Sequence record: AP019418.1
Reading direction: 5' to 3' (one strand)
DNA length: 64,000 nucleotides
In this document: one piece after another, positions 37,034 through 47,039 of the stretch
How the letters are laid out: each line of letters opens with the position of its first letter
How positions within the stretch are numbered: the stretch's first letter is position 1
Translations under genes and position numbers: made by a program
The notes under the pieces: model-generated
Databases searched by the model: none
The model's input: the letters and a program-made list of their open reading frames with translations, nothing else
Told to the model about the DNA's origin: nothing

Positions 37034-37411
37034 TCAACCCACCTTTAGTTTACTGCAATATAGTCTAAACTTAAGAATATCCTCTACTAAGTTAGACCAC
37101 AGTGTATACCTATTTCGTGATGCATTTACTTCTTCAATCTTAGCATTTATATTTTGACGAAGAACTTTGTAATGCTGATATGCATTAGTCGCATGTTTAG
37201 AGAACATGATAATAATATCATCAGGACTTTTATTTAGCGCATCAGCTAGTGAATCATCATCATATATTTCAATAAGCGCATTAACGATACGATGATGAAG
37301 ATGGGTTAGTAATTGGTAAATGTGATATTCGCTACCAATATAATTACCTTTTATAAAAGCTCTTTTACTGTAGAAGATCTGTGCAGTATCTCTTATGCAT
37401 TCAAGTTTCAT
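37034..37411 (-). CDS. hypothetical protein (125 aa)
   Basis: ORF track. Confidence 0.7.
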   Translation of the reverse strand: MKLECIRDTAQIFYSKRAFIKGNYIGSEYHIYQLLTHLHHRIVNALIEIYDDDSLADALNKSPDDIIIMFSKHATNAYQHYKVLRQNINAKIEEVNASRNRYTLWSNLVEDILKFRLYCSKLKVG

Positions 37412-37620
37412 TGTGCATTAACCTGATGTAGATGAACATAAAATCCATTACTAGGACCACTATTAGATGGATAAACTAACAGATGGTCTCCATTAACAGA
37501 TTCGATTATAACTACAGTACCAGCTTTACATAGTGTAAGATCATAACCGCATTCACCGGTGCTATTAATAATATCTGTATTGACTACAACTTTGTCACCG
37601 GCTTTAAATGAATTTGACAT
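37408..37620 (-). CDS. small SH3-like hypothetical protein (70 aa)
   Basis: GAGGTGG RBS; FKAGDKVVV...AGTVVII. Confidence 0.7.
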   Translation of the reverse strand: MSNSFKAGDKVVVNTDIINSTGECGYDLTLCKAGTVVIIESVNGDHLLVYPSNSGPSNGFYVHLHQVNAQ

Positions 37621-37628
37621 ATACCACC

Positions 37629-37931
37629 TCAGTTATATGCGTGAAGAATATCATCCATATCTGTACATTGTACAGTTTCAATTTGATTATAATTGTCGGC
37701 ATTTAAAACTCTAAAGCCGCCTTCGGGATTACCCTCATCAACGCCTAATACGGTTAGGTCATCACCTTCATTAGCAAACTTCCATTCTAAATAGCCATTC
37801 TTTTTACAGGTTCTCATGATCCATATGTCTTGTGTTGCTTGTAGGATCATACCAACTTGAACTTTATTTTTAGCAATAAGGTTAATGCCATTAACTAGCG
37901 CGTTTGCTAGACAGCTCACTGTTGTACTCAT
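37629..37931 (-). CDS. hypothetical protein (100 aa)
   Basis: GAGG RBS. Confidence 0.7.
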   Translation of the reverse strand: MSTTVSCLANALVNGINLIAKNKVQVGMILQATQDIWIMRTCKKNGYLEWKFANEGDDLTVLGVDEGNPEGGFRVLNADNYNQIETVQCTDMDDILHAYN

Positions 37932-37987
37932 TTCTTTTTACCTCTTTACCACTTTTATCTTCAGTTAACCATGACTTGTTAAAGATA

Positions 37988-38140
37988 CTATTTATGATGG
38001 GATTGAATTTCGGTGATTCTTTCTTTTTCTGATCTGTATCCATCGATATCACCTATACTAATAATTTTATTAATACCAACTAATGTACTACTTAAAATAG
38101 CTATAATCAAAAACAGTGCTACATATTTGATTCCTTCCAT
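37988..38140 (-). CDS. small membrane protein (50 aa), not in ORF track
   Basis: GAGG RBS; MEGIKYVALFLIIAILSSTLVGI... Confidence 0.65.
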   Translation of the reverse strand: MEGIKYVALFLIIAILSSTLVGINKIISIGDIDGYRSEKERITEIQSHHK

Positions 38141-38222
38141 TTTGAGTACCTCAGATAATGACTATCTAACTTAGCATGGTTATTATATATTTTTAAATTT
38201 ACTTATAATAAACCATTTTTTA

Positions 38223-38525
38223 TTATGGCAATAGTTCACTGTATTTAGAATAGTTATCAATCACCCATTGGTTAGACATATACTTAGGAGTATCACCTAG
38301 TAGTTTAGTATAGGTTAGAAGATAGATTATTTGTGCTTTATTAAAATCTAATCCAGCCTCTTCCCAACCAGCGCGGTACTGCTCCACCTTATCACCATGT
38401 GCGCTAATGAGCCCAGTACAGGACTCAATATACCGATCTTCACCAGCAAATACAGTGCTAATGAATTTATCAGTATTAGCCAACATATACGATGCCGAGT
38501 CAATCACTTTATTTTTCATATTCAT
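38223..38525 (-). CDS. hypothetical protein (100 aa)
   Basis: ORF track. Confidence 0.75.
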   Translation of the reverse strand: MNMKNKVIDSASYMLANTDKFISTVFAGEDRYIESCTGLISAHGDKVEQYRAGWEEAGLDFNKAQIIYLLTYTKLLGDTPKYMSNQWVIDNYSKYSELLP

Positions 38526-38589
38526 TTTTGAATTACCTATTTATATTAAAAGGATATAAAAGCCTCCCCGAAGGGAGGCCATTATGTTG

Positions 38590-39024
38590 TTACACTGTGA
38601 AACGAATCGATACCCCACAAATAGGACTATTTGAATCTGTCCAAATTTTAGCTGTACCATCATTTTTAATAGTTACACAATAACCCCAGCGAAGATTATT
38701 TATTTTAGTGGTATACCCACTTTTAAATACAGTCACATCTTTATAAAGCTGTGGGATAGTTGGTACTTTTTTAGACTGCATTTTACCAGATAAATCGCGA
38801 TAGTAGAGTTTATCTACAATCACATTATCAAATTTTTTATAATCACCAAAGACTTCAGATAGATTAAACTCCACCCCATCTGTTTTTAGTGGGGCTGTCA
38901 TAAAACTACCTTGCTCAGTTGTAACCATACTGATGGCAACATCATGGTCTAATAGAAATCGAGTTTCACCAATAGTTTTCTTATATACTGGGAAACTTCC
39001 TAACGGTTGTAGAACACTCATCAT
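38590..39024 (-). CDS. hypothetical protein (144 aa)
   Basis: AGGAG RBS. Confidence 0.75.
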   Translation of the reverse strand: MMSVLQPLGSFPVYKKTIGETRFLLDHDVAISMVTTEQGSFMTAPLKTDGVEFNLSEVFGDYKKFDNVIVDKLYYRDLSGKMQSKKVPTIPQLYKDVTVFKSGYTTKINNLRWGYCVTIKNDGTAKIWTDSNSPICGVSIRFTV

Positions 39025-39057
39025 TAACTCCTGATTGACGGTCTATAAAATTGACCA

Positions 39058-39504
39058 TTATAAACCTTTATAGCATTCTACGCTAATTTTCTTTATGGTC
39101 ATATCAAACTCACTATCAACATACTCATTGTCATGATAGTACTCATCTGAATAACCTATGAGTTTTTTCTGGTTATGATAATTTAAAAAGAAAATAACAC
39201 GCATTACAATACAAGCATGTTCGGGATGATTAAGATATAATTCTTTCTTATCTAGGTCTAAATAAAGTGTTTTTATTTGAACTGGTTCATTAGTGAAAAC
39301 TAGTTTTACAGGGTTATCCAACTGTATTACCTTAGGTTCACTATTAAAAAATGTATCGCCAGATTCACCTAAGTAATACGTAATTGATTTAACGTAATAG
39401 GTTATATCTTCGGTTTTCTCTAACCGGGTTATACAATAACCAGTTATGACTGAAAGAACAAATAATGATGAAATAACTAATATAATCTCAGTCACATTGA
39501 TCAC
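39058..39504 (-). CDS. hypothetical protein with N-terminal TM helix (148 aa)
   Basis: IILVISSLFVLSVITGYCI; resembles 42673-43107. Confidence 0.7.
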   Translation of the reverse strand: MINVTEIILVISSLFVLSVITGYCITRLEKTEDITYYVKSITYYLGESGDTFFNSEPKVIQLDNPVKLVFTNEPVQIKTLYLDLDKKELYLNHPEHACIVMRVIFFLNYHNQKKLIGYSDEYYHDNEYVDSEFDMTIKKISVECYKGL

Positions 39505-39784
39505 CTATATAAAGTGTTGTTATATCGATACACTGTGAAACAGAATGTTTACATGGAATAAATATTTCATCGATGGCTAAATCATTATCGATAGGTTGAA
39601 TACTTTCTAATCTACCAAATCCATCACAGTTAAATTTAAGTGCTGGATAACCTTCAATGCCCATGCTAACCCAACTATTTCTATTTTTAGTTACATGGTT
39701 GAATTTAAAATTACGCATCTTTCCTAGAAATTCAATTGTCCATGTAGCATCCTTCTGTTTCTTCAAATGGTAATATTTATTCAT
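39488..39784 (-). CDS. hypothetical protein (98 aa)
   Basis: ORF track. Confidence 0.7.
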   Translation of the reverse strand: MNKYYHLKKQKDATWTIEFLGKMRNFKFNHVTKNRNSWVSMGIEGYPALKFNCDGFGRLESIQPIDNDLAIDEIFIPCKHSVSQCIDITTLYIGDQCD

Positions 39785-39862
39785 TAGTATTCACCATTAT
39801 CAAGATTAGTTTCATTCTATTAAATAGATAGGGGGTCTAAAGACCCCCATTTTCATAATTAA

Positions 39863-40282
39863 TTAGAATGCAGAAATGGTCAACTCATTGCACTTAGCGG
39901 CAGCGAGTTTTTCCCAATCTTCTTCATGTTCCATCAAGCATTCAATCACTACATGCATGGACCATGACTCGCCATCAATATTTGCAAATACAAAGAAACC
40001 ATCATCAAGCTCAGTGATACCACTAATCAGATTATTTTTGATCAGGTAGACCAATTGATCATTAACGATTTTAACTTCATGATCAATGAGATGGCTGACA
40101 TATTTGCTAGTGATGTCAAACACTTCTTTTGATGAAAGCGACCCATTTCGTTTGACAGCAGTTAGGCTCCAATTAACCAAAGATGGTGAATACCAATGAA
40201 GACCATGCACATTCATCAAAACTGGATGTTTGTTATCCATAGCTTTTACAGAATAAGCCCAATACTTTTCATTAAGGTACAT
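39863..40282 (-). CDS. hypothetical protein (139 aa)
   Basis: AAGGA RBS. Confidence 0.75.
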   Translation of the reverse strand: MYLNEKYWAYSVKAMDNKHPVLMNVHGLHWYSPSLVNWSLTAVKRNGSLSSKEVFDITSKYVSHLIDHEVKIVNDQLVYLIKNNLISGITELDDGFFVFANIDGESWSMHVVIECLMEHEEDWEKLAAAKCNELTISAF

Positions 40283-40307
40283 TTATATTTCCTTTTTTCC
40301 AGATTGA

Positions 40308-40586
40308 TTATTTTATTACAATGCCTTCGGCATTGCGTACTGCTTCTTTAGCAAATTGAACATCTCCAAATACATGTTCAATAAACTTTGATGCATCTGA
40401 CCCAGCTACATCACTTGATGGTAGTTTTACAGTCTTGGTAATCTTACCAGGATAATAGAGGATGATATCCCACCCATCCCTTTCTTTAACAGAACGAATT
40501 TTTAGAATAGGTTCTTCTTTACCAAGGTGTTCAAGACTAACGCCACTTTTGACAGCGGCTTCAAATACTACATCAGAGATAGACAT
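40308..40586 (-). CDS. hypothetical protein (92 aa)
   Basis: ORF track. Confidence 0.75.
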   Translation of the reverse strand: MSISDVVFEAAVKSGVSLEHLGKEEPILKIRSVKERDGWDIILYYPGKITKTVKLPSSDVAGSDASKFIEHVFGDVQFAKEAVRNAEGIVIK

Positions 40587-40613
40587 ATTAGTTACCTTCT
40601 TAAAAGAAAGCGG

Positions 40614-40847
40614 TCATGCGACCGCATCTTTAATCAGCGAGATAATTCGCGCTGATGGTTCGCGCCAAAATTCAATACGTACATCATTGAATTGGCTATC
40701 GTGATGCATGAAAGCTGATGATTGCTTTGCTGCATCGTGATTCATAATAGAACGTAGCTGGATAATATTTTTGTCTTTGAGTCGGATACCATCCAGATCA
40801 ATGACTTTCAGTCCAGAGTTCATAGTCTTTACAGTTACATGTTGCAT
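40614..40847 (-). CDS. hypothetical protein (77 aa)
   Basis: AAGGA RBS. Confidence 0.7.
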   Translation of the reverse strand: MQHVTVKTMNSGLKVIDLDGIRLKDKNIIQLRSIMNHDAAKQSSAFMHHDSQFNDVRIEFWREPSARIISLIKDAVA

Positions 40848-40886
40848 TTACAATTTCCTTTTAGTTAGATTAAAAATATGAATAAA

Positions 40887-41099
40887 TTACTTTTTCTTCC
40901 ACACATTTACTTCTACGATGGCATTACGTTTCATCCGACGGCGGATAGATTTGACAGCCTTCTCAGTTGACTCATTCCAACCACCACCATAGATCGTGTG
41001 ATATTCATTGATCTGTGTGTGCAGGTCATGGGTAGCCATAACCGCACCAAGTCCACGAGACTCGTAATACTCGATCAGAGCGTTCGATGGATCACTCAT
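40887..41099 (-). CDS. hypothetical protein (70 aa)
   Basis: ORF track. Confidence 0.7.
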   Translation of the reverse strand: MSDPSNALIEYYESRGLGAVMATHDLHTQINEYHTIYGGGWNESTEKAVKSIRRRMKRNAIVEVNVWKKK

Positions 41100-41173
41100 G
41101 AGTTAACCCTGTCGTAGTGATAAGAATAGATGGAACTAGTAACGTGGTTCACCGTTACCTTCGAAATATACTG

Positions 41174-41596
41174 TCACGGCAGTTCAACCGCTATAGTTAG
41201 ATCTTCTTTGAATTCCTCGAACTCCTCATCAGTTAACTGACGAGAAGAGGTCATGCAACGACCGGGATATTGATACCAGGTAATACAGACATCTTTCCAG
41301 ATCAATGCAACTTCATCCAATCTAGAAAGACGGAACGTCTCAAGTACGTCCGTCTTCAGGGTAGGTCCACCGGGATAAGGGTTTAGTCGCTCGTGAGCAA
41401 CTTTACTGATCTCTTTGAGGAGATCGTAGAGCGGACCATCTGAGACGACGATCCAATTGGAGGCAAGAGCAATGTCCTCTTCCGGGATACTTGCCCAGTA
41501 CTCACGCTCACAGTCATCCATATCCTCGTCAAGCGGTTTACCGCCAACTAGGGAATATGCATATTGTGCTACTTCAACTAGACGTGTATTTTTCAT
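41174..41596 (-). CDS. hypothetical protein (140 aa)
   Basis: AGGA RBS. Confidence 0.75.
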   Translation of the reverse strand: MKNTRLVEVAQYAYSLVGGKPLDEDMDDCEREYWASIPEEDIALASNWIVVSDGPLYDLLKEISKVAHERLNPYPGGPTLKTDVLETFRLSRLDEVALIWKDVCITWYQYPGRCMTSSRQLTDEEFEEFKEDLTIAVELP

Positions 41597-41616
41597 AGTT
41601 TGATCCTAATTAAATT

Positions 41617-42147
41617 CTAGAACATCAAAACACCTACTTCAGTATCCTTAAGTACTGGTAGGCTAGTAGTGATGACTAATTTGATATTACGTTTGGCCAT
41701 TCCTTCACTGGCATTAAGGATAGCTGCCATAACTCCATTACTACCTGTGCGTGCACGCACTACTTTATCAACATCTTCGGCAATAATAACAGATCCATTT
41801 GGAAAATCTCTAATGAGATTAGCAAATTCAGGATGTTCTAAAACATCGGACCGATCAACTAAATAAATTTTATCGTCCCAGCCTCTATGATTCAGTATTT
41901 CTTTAGTGAGGTTTGACTTACCTGTATCGGGTTTACCAAAAATAGTTAATACATTAGAACTAGATTCAGAAAATATATTCCAAAGTTCTGCTGGTGTAAA
42001 ATTGAAGTAAGGATAAAACTTATGGACATCACCAACTGGTTGATATTCTAGACATGTTTCTACAGTTATAGCCAGTATGCCATTTGCTGTAAGGTGAATC
42101 CTCCTAAGATATTTGGATGGTTTATTATTTAAATAATCATTAGGCAT
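41617..42147 (-). CDS. truncated AAA-type ATPase domain
   Basis: IFGKPDTGKS Walker A; IIAEDVD Walker B; AAILNASEG; ITTS; lacks Arg-finger region. Confidence 0.7.
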   Translation of the reverse strand: MPNDYLNNKPSKYLRRIHLTANGILAITVETCLEYQPVGDVHKFYPYFNFTPAELWNIFSESSSNVLTIFGKPDTGKSNLTKEILNHRGWDDKIYLVDRSDVLEHPEFANLIRDFPNGSVIIAEDVDKVVRARTGSNGVMAAILNASEGMAKRNIKLVITTSLPVLKDTEVGVLMF

Positions 42148-42188
42148 TGAATTTTCCTTTTTAAATAATGAAATTAACTATAGTGTTA

Positions 42189-42548
42189 TTATTTACCAAT
42201 AGATACAATTACCTCTTTTAATTTACCATGGTCATTAATTGCCATTTGACAAGTGGGGCATGGGTATGCATCCAGTGGCCTACCATCAGCACCGACACGT
42301 GCAACATAGATCCTATATCCTTTTCCCTTGGAGAGGATGATAGAACGCAACTCACTATGCATCTCACAACGTAGATCGGACAATCCTGCTTTTAGAGAAT
42401 AACGTTTCTGAACAGGATGTGTTTTACCATACATATTTTGGCTTTCACTAATGATCCTACCACGTTTATCAGTAATGACTGAATAAACACGTTGACGATG
42501 TTTTACATAAGGGATCTCGCGACACTTTTCCAAAGCATAATCCAACAT
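42189..42548 (-). CDS. cytidine/dCMP deaminase-fold protein
   Basis: HSE...YPCPTC zinc motif; start placed at MLDYALEK after early promoter 42592-42599. Confidence 0.75.
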   Translation of the reverse strand: MLDYALEKCREIPYVKHRQRVYSVITDKRGRIISESQNMYGKTHPVQKRYSLKAGLSDLRCEMHSELRSIILSKGKGYRIYVARVGADGRPLDAYPCPTCQMAINDHGKLKEVIVSIGK

Positions 42549-42672
42549 AATTGATTTACCTATTTGAAATTTAGATAGTTTTATCACATTTGTAATATAC
42601 TGTTTAAAATGCTTTAAATACAAAAAAATAAAATATAAGCCCTCCCGCAATGGGAGGGCAATATAATAACTA

Positions 42673-43107
42673 TTACAATTTATTCGCCATTTTACCTGGT
42701 ACTATAACCCAGTGTAAATTACATTTAATGTGTTTATTTTTAAGAGACATTCCTGAGATACACACATCCTCTTTGGTTATGCTAATTTTAAATAAAGCTT
42801 CCCATTTATTAGCTGTGATGATTTCATCAACAGTGTGATGGAATTTAAGTGTGTTATCTAATACTGAAATATAAAAGTCTTTATTGGGTTGACCTTTAGT
42901 TAAATCAATTATTAACCTATTATTTAATTTAGGTGAAAAAGTTGTTAATGTACCATCTTCATTATTTTCAGATATATAAGAGCAACCAGTAACAATGAAG
43001 ACATTATCATTTACACTATTGGCATAAATTATTTTTGGGTGTTTAAAAATATTAATTAGATAAACAATAATTGCTGACAGGATTAGTGCAATTACTATAT
43101 CAGCCAT
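42673..43107 (-). CDS. hypothetical protein with N-terminal TM helix (144 aa)
   Basis: IVIALILSAIIVYLINIF. Confidence 0.7.
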   Translation of the reverse strand: MADIVIALILSAIIVYLINIFKHPKIIYANSVNDNVFIVTGCSYISENNEDGTLTTFSPKLNNRLIIDLTKGQPNKDFYISVLDNTLKFHHTVDEIITANKWEALFKISITKEDVCISGMSLKNKHIKCNLHWVIVPGKMANKL

Positions 43108-43109
43108 TA

Positions 43110-43484
43110 TTAACCCCTATTAACAAAGATAAAATAATCTCGTAGTTCACCAGCTAAATCTAATGGTTGATAATTATCACTACCATCATCATAAGGGATA
43201 TAATCAGCACCTGCTTCTACAGCCGCTAAATATTCTTCCTCACCAACTGCTGGAATTAAATGAAACGCTGGGCAATCGTCATTATTGCCATCTAGTATAT
43301 CTAGCATGCCTGTAATGACACTATCTGCTACAGCCCTGTCCCGATCAGCTGGCTCTGTAAATTGATCAAGTTTAGAGTTATTGATAGCATTATCACGCAT
43401 ATTGACAACACTACTAATAAATAGTTCTTTAACTTGTTCCTGTGTTACAGGTTTAACATTACCATCGCCTTCAAAATAGATCAT
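43110..43484 (-). CDS. hypothetical protein, paralog of 43529-44215
   Basis: shared LDGN...P.F.LIP.V...G..Y.P...D..G.LR motif. Confidence 0.75.
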   Translation of the reverse strand: MIYFEGDGNVKPVTQEQVKELFISSVVNMRDNAINNSKLDQFTEPADRDRAVADSVITGMLDILDGNNDDCPAFHLIPAVGEEEYLAAVEAGADYIPYDDGSDNYQPLDLAGELRDYFIFVNRG

Positions 43485-43528
43485 AATTACATACCTTGTT
43501 ATCAGTAGCTTATAAATTTATTAGTTCA

Positions 43529-44215
43529 TTAACGCATTATTCGACTGATATCATCAGCTATTTGTGATTGTATCTTTTCCGCTTTTTCTTTAGCTTTTTC
43601 TACTAACATAGCAAGTTGCTCTTGCATAAAATTACCCGAGTAATACTTAACAGGTTTCTCACCTGCTAAACTAAGGAAATGGTTCAATAGTGCATGTGGT
43701 CCTTTGAAAGGTTCCGTAAATGTCTTAGAAACTTGATAACGTAGATTACCAGAAATATCAACTGCATCACACTTTGCACGGATATTATCTTTTAAATTTT
43801 CAACTGGGTTTACTGGCCAATAATTCTCACCAATACTTATTAGGTAGTCAATATCCTCTTGAGTAACATTAGGTATAAGTTTGAATCCGGGTATATTTGG
43901 ATCATTGCCATCTAGGCCAGCTGCGATGCTATATATAAATCCATCAAGCATATCTCTGATAGATAGTGCCTTATCTGTATTTTGAGTATCGGTATACTGT
44001 TTATGCCAGTAATTACGTGTGCTTTGAAGCCAATTTACAAAGAGAGAAGTTTGTTCCTCTTTTGTATATTCTCTCGGATCATCTACTTTCTCCCATTCTT
44101 TTTGTTTATTTATCTTAGGAGTCTTAGTTTTCTTTACAGGTTGTTCAATCGGTGAATCTGAAACCTTTGTTTCAAATCCTATACCAACTATAGTTTTATC
44201 GGTTGTATTGATCAT
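43529..44215 (-). CDS. hypothetical protein, paralog of 43110-43484
   Basis: LDGNDPNIPGFKLIPNV...GENYWP...DISGNLR. Confidence 0.75.
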   Translation of the reverse strand: MINTTDKTIVGIGFETKVSDSPIEQPVKKTKTPKINKQKEWEKVDDPREYTKEEQTSLFVNWLQSTRNYWHKQYTDTQNTDKALSIRDMLDGFIYSIAAGLDGNDPNIPGFKLIPNVTQEDIDYLISIGENYWPVNPVENLKDNIRAKCDAVDISGNLRYQVSKTFTEPFKGPHALLNHFLSLAGEKPVKYYSGNFMQEQLAMLVEKAKEKAEKIQSQIADDISRIMR

Positions 44216-44442
44216 AGAACATGAAACCTTTGTATATAGTTTGGTTTTATGCGTTTAGTAAATTGCGCTGAATGCTCAATGTAATAAATGCATTTATCAT
44301 TAAGTGAATACACTGTATAATAGGTTTTAGCACATATATGTCGTATGCCAATAGTAACACATATTTCCCAACCGATCTTTGTAAATACATAACCTAACTG
44401 ATTAGGCTCTATTTCTAAACATCTTTTGTCGAAGTTAACCAT
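44212..44442 (-). CDS. hypothetical protein (76 aa)
   Basis: GAGG RBS; coupled to next gene. Confidence 0.65.
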   Translation of the reverse strand: MVNFDKRCLEIEPNQLGYVFTKIGWEICVTIGIRHICAKTYYTVYSLNDKCIYYIEHSAQFTKRIKPNYIQRFHVL

Positions 44443-44882
44443 TGTGGCTTCCTCGGAATAGTTCGCAAGTACTGAACAATAAGTCGCGCGAATTCATCCA
44501 TATCGTCTTCAACTAGAATTAACTCATCCAATGTATACCAGCCATCATCAGTTGTTTCAATTAGATTAGAATCATCTTTGATTTCTCTATCTAAGATGGC
44601 GTATAATCTAGTTGGTCCAAAATCAGGCTCTTCTATAACCCCAAGATGTATCAAAGAATTTCTATTATTAGTATCATCTGTGATAGTTGGCTGAACACTA
44701 ATATTGGAAGTTTCCTCTGGGAAGTTATAACTATCTAAAATAGCAAAATCAGTTAATTGTCTAATAGCCTTTCTAGTGAAATCATAAACCTTCACTATGG
44801 GATGAATCACATAGGTTAGTTTATCATTAACTAAACGTTGCCTTAAATTAATAAATGCGCAGTTATTCATCGACATACTCAT
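44415..44882 (-). CDS. hypothetical protein (155 aa)
   Basis: ORF track. Confidence 0.7.
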   Translation of the reverse strand: MSMSMNNCAFINLRQRLVNDKLTYVIHPIVKVYDFTRKAIRQLTDFAILDSYNFPEETSNISVQPTITDDTNNRNSLIHLGVIEEPDFGPTRLYAILDREIKDDSNLIETTDDGWYTLDELILVEDDMDEFARLIVQYLRTIPRKPQWLTSTKDV

Positions 44883-45237
44883 GTACCATTTTAATAGTTT
44901 TCAAAAATACTTCTTGATTATTACTATCATCTGCTTTTAGAATAACAGGATGACACATAAATTCATTTTCCAATGATACTCGATAATATTCATTAATTGT
45001 CTGAATGAAATCAAGCGGGGGATAAATAATAATATCCTTATCTGTTTCGGCGTAATTAACTACATTTGGTTCATGTTTAAATTTGGATTTATTTAATTTA
45101 TAAACAAAGTATTTTATATCATTTTTATCTACTTGTGATACAAATACAATTCGTTCATACATTGATAAATCAATATCTTTACCAATATTGATAGACAGTG
45201 GCATACCAATAAATGAGCGTTTAATATTTTCATTCAT
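44863..45237 (-). CDS. hypothetical protein (124 aa)
   Basis: first gene after early promoter 45277-45284. Confidence 0.7.
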   Translation of the reverse strand: MNENIKRSFIGMPLSINIGKDIDLSMYERIVFVSQVDKNDIKYFVYKLNKSKFKHEPNVVNYAETDKDIIIYPPLDFIQTINEYYRVSLENEFMCHPVILKADDSNNQEVFLKTIKMVHEYVDE

Positions 45238-45276
45238 TTTTTAATTACCTATTTAATAGTTTAATGTTGTATTAGT

Positions 45277-45306
45277 GTAATATAGATTTCAAAAAAAATT
45301 TAATGT
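45277..45306 (-). promoter_or_regulatory. early promoter, subtype B
   Basis: GTAATATAGATTTCAAAAAAAATTTAATG is identical to 61387-61415. Confidence 0.8.
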
Positions 45307-45340
45307 AAAAGCCCTCTCCTTTGGGAGAGGGTTTATGACT

Positions 45341-45448
45341 TTATTTATATTTTTTCTTATGAGTGTGATAAATATAGCTAAATAGCATACCGATTGACAT
45401 TGATACAGCTACCATACCCACATAGAAAAGTTCATTACTAAGTTGCAT
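45341..45448 (-). CDS. small membrane protein (35 aa), not in ORF track
   Basis: GAGG RBS; [21 protein letters not shown] then KKKYK. Confidence 0.6.
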   Translation of the reverse strand: MQLSNELFYVGMVAVSMSIGMLFSYIYHTHKKKYK

Positions 45449-45530
45449 TAGATTTCCTCAAATAGTTTAATTTATCCCACCTAGTTTTAACCGTCCAGTC
45501 GGTTAAAAAGAGGACCCGAAGGTCCTCTAA

Positions 45531-45770
45531 TTATTTCTTATAACTCTCAGGGCATCCCATTTTGAGTTTGCCATCCTTTGGGTCTTCAGCGAATAATACT
45601 TCATCTGGACACTTCTTAACAGGAGTGTCCTTCGCCTTATCTTCCCATTCTACAACAGGCATTTCTAATTTCTTACGAAATTGATACGTATCATAAAGAA
45701 CATACGTAATCATTCCCATAAGAGAGATTACCCATACCCATGCAACAATTAGGATGATTCTAGTTATCAT
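45531..45770 (-). CDS. membrane-anchored hypothetical protein (79 aa)
   Basis: N-terminal TM; C-terminal C..C pair. Confidence 0.7.
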   Translation of the reverse strand: MITRIILIVAWVWVISLMGMITYVLYDTYQFRKKLEMPVVEWEDKAKDTPVKKCPDEVLFAEDPKDGKLKMGCPESYKK

Positions 45771-46137
45771 ACAACTCCTCGCCGACTATATTGAAACACC
45801 CATTACTGAGTTTTTCAGTCAGCATCTCACCAAGATCACTTCCCTCGCTCTTTGCCAAAAGCTTAAGTGCGGGATCAGTGAGATTTTGGTATATTACATC
45901 GACATTATCCAATGCGATATTAATAGCGAGTGCCTTATCACTCTGGTTTTTATCTATGGCAATGGATAGTTCATCTTGCAGTATTGCATACATCTCCAAT
46001 GGCTCACCGCCATTAGTGTAGAATTGAACCATATTCTTTGCCAAGCTGTGCAGCACGTAGCAAGATGACACGGTTACGGGTTGTGCATTAACCGACATTG
46101 CTACCATAGTGATAATGAGCGAGAAGACGTATTTCAT
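45760..46137 (-). CDS. secreted two-Cys helical protein (family member)
   Basis: signal peptide ending VNA; TVSSC...NGCFNIVGE. Confidence 0.75.
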   Translation of the reverse strand: MKYVFSLIITMVAMSVNAQPVTVSSCYVLHSLAKNMVQFYTNGGEPLEMYAILQDELSIAIDKNQSDKALAINIALDNVDVIYQNLTDPALKLLAKSEGSDLGEMLTEKLSNGCFNIVGEELYDN

Positions 46138-46169
46138 CCTATTTTCCTTTTGAAAGTATTCGATATGAA

Positions 46170-46625
46170 TTAAATGAGTTCAACAATTACCATGTGAGTG
46201 AATTTCTCACCAATATGCTTCATGCAGTAATTGCCATAATACCCGCTGATAAAAGCTGCCAGATTAGGAGTAGTCACATTGTAACCTTGACTACGGATAT
46301 AATCATGGATCTCTTTACTGTTAAGGTCATTATTGATTTTATTAAGACTATTGAATACGAATGTTAACGCAATCCAATTATTGGTATCCAACTCATCTTT
46401 GAGTTTAGCAGAGTTGTTGAGCATAAGCACACCAACTTCATCTGCGCTATGACCTTCACTCATTCGAAATACAGCTTGTTTAGTAATGGTTTCAACCATT
46501 GCACACGACTGCACAGTGAGTTGAGCATCTTTTTTACCAATCTTGATTTCAGCCATTGCGGTATTGAACATGATACCGGTAATGGCAATGAGACCAGCGA
46601 AAGCTGCTGCAATTACATTTTTCAT
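46170..46625 (-). CDS. secreted two-Cys helical protein (family member)
   Basis: signal peptide ending AMA; TVQSC...NYCMKHIGEKF. Confidence 0.75.
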   Translation of the reverse strand: MKNVIAAAFAGLIAITGIMFNTAMAEIKIGKKDAQLTVQSCAMVETITKQAVFRMSEGHSADEVGVLMLNNSAKLKDELDTNNWIALTFVFNSLNKINNDLNSKEIHDYIRSQGYNVTTPNLAAFISGYYGNYCMKHIGEKFTHMVIVELI

Positions 46626-46642
46626 TTTAAATCCTTCTTTAT

Positions 46643-47026
46643 TTATTTAATGGTAAGAATAGTAATTTTTTCAGGATTTACTGGAACTTTAATTTTAGAT
46701 TTATGTTGGAGAAACTCAACAACCACCATAGACTTATCCATTTTATACACTTCACATACTTTGACAAGCCTATCTACTACGCAACCAATTTTACCGGCAT
46801 TTTGAGAAAAGAAAGATTTTGCTTTTCTAATAGCCTCGCGTTTCTCAAGCATTTCCATATGCATATTTTCAATATGTTTATCGCGTTGAACACGATTAAA
46901 CTTACGCATATGTCGTTCGATCTTACTAATTTCAGAAGAGTGTAATGAATAAGCAGCAGCTTCTTTCAGTTTCTCATATACTTCCACTGCCATTACCACG
47001 TGATCATCTTCAAAATTTCTTTTCAT
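46643..47026 (-). CDS. hypothetical protein (127 aa)
   Basis: ORF track. Confidence 0.7.
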   Translation of the reverse strand: MKRNFEDDHVVMAVEVYEKLKEAAAYSLHSSEISKIERHMRKFNRVQRDKHIENMHMEMLEKREAIRKAKSFFSQNAGKIGCVVDRLVKVCEVYKMDKSMVVVEFLQHKSKIKVPVNPEKITILTIK

Positions 47027-47039
47027 ATCTATGCCTTTT

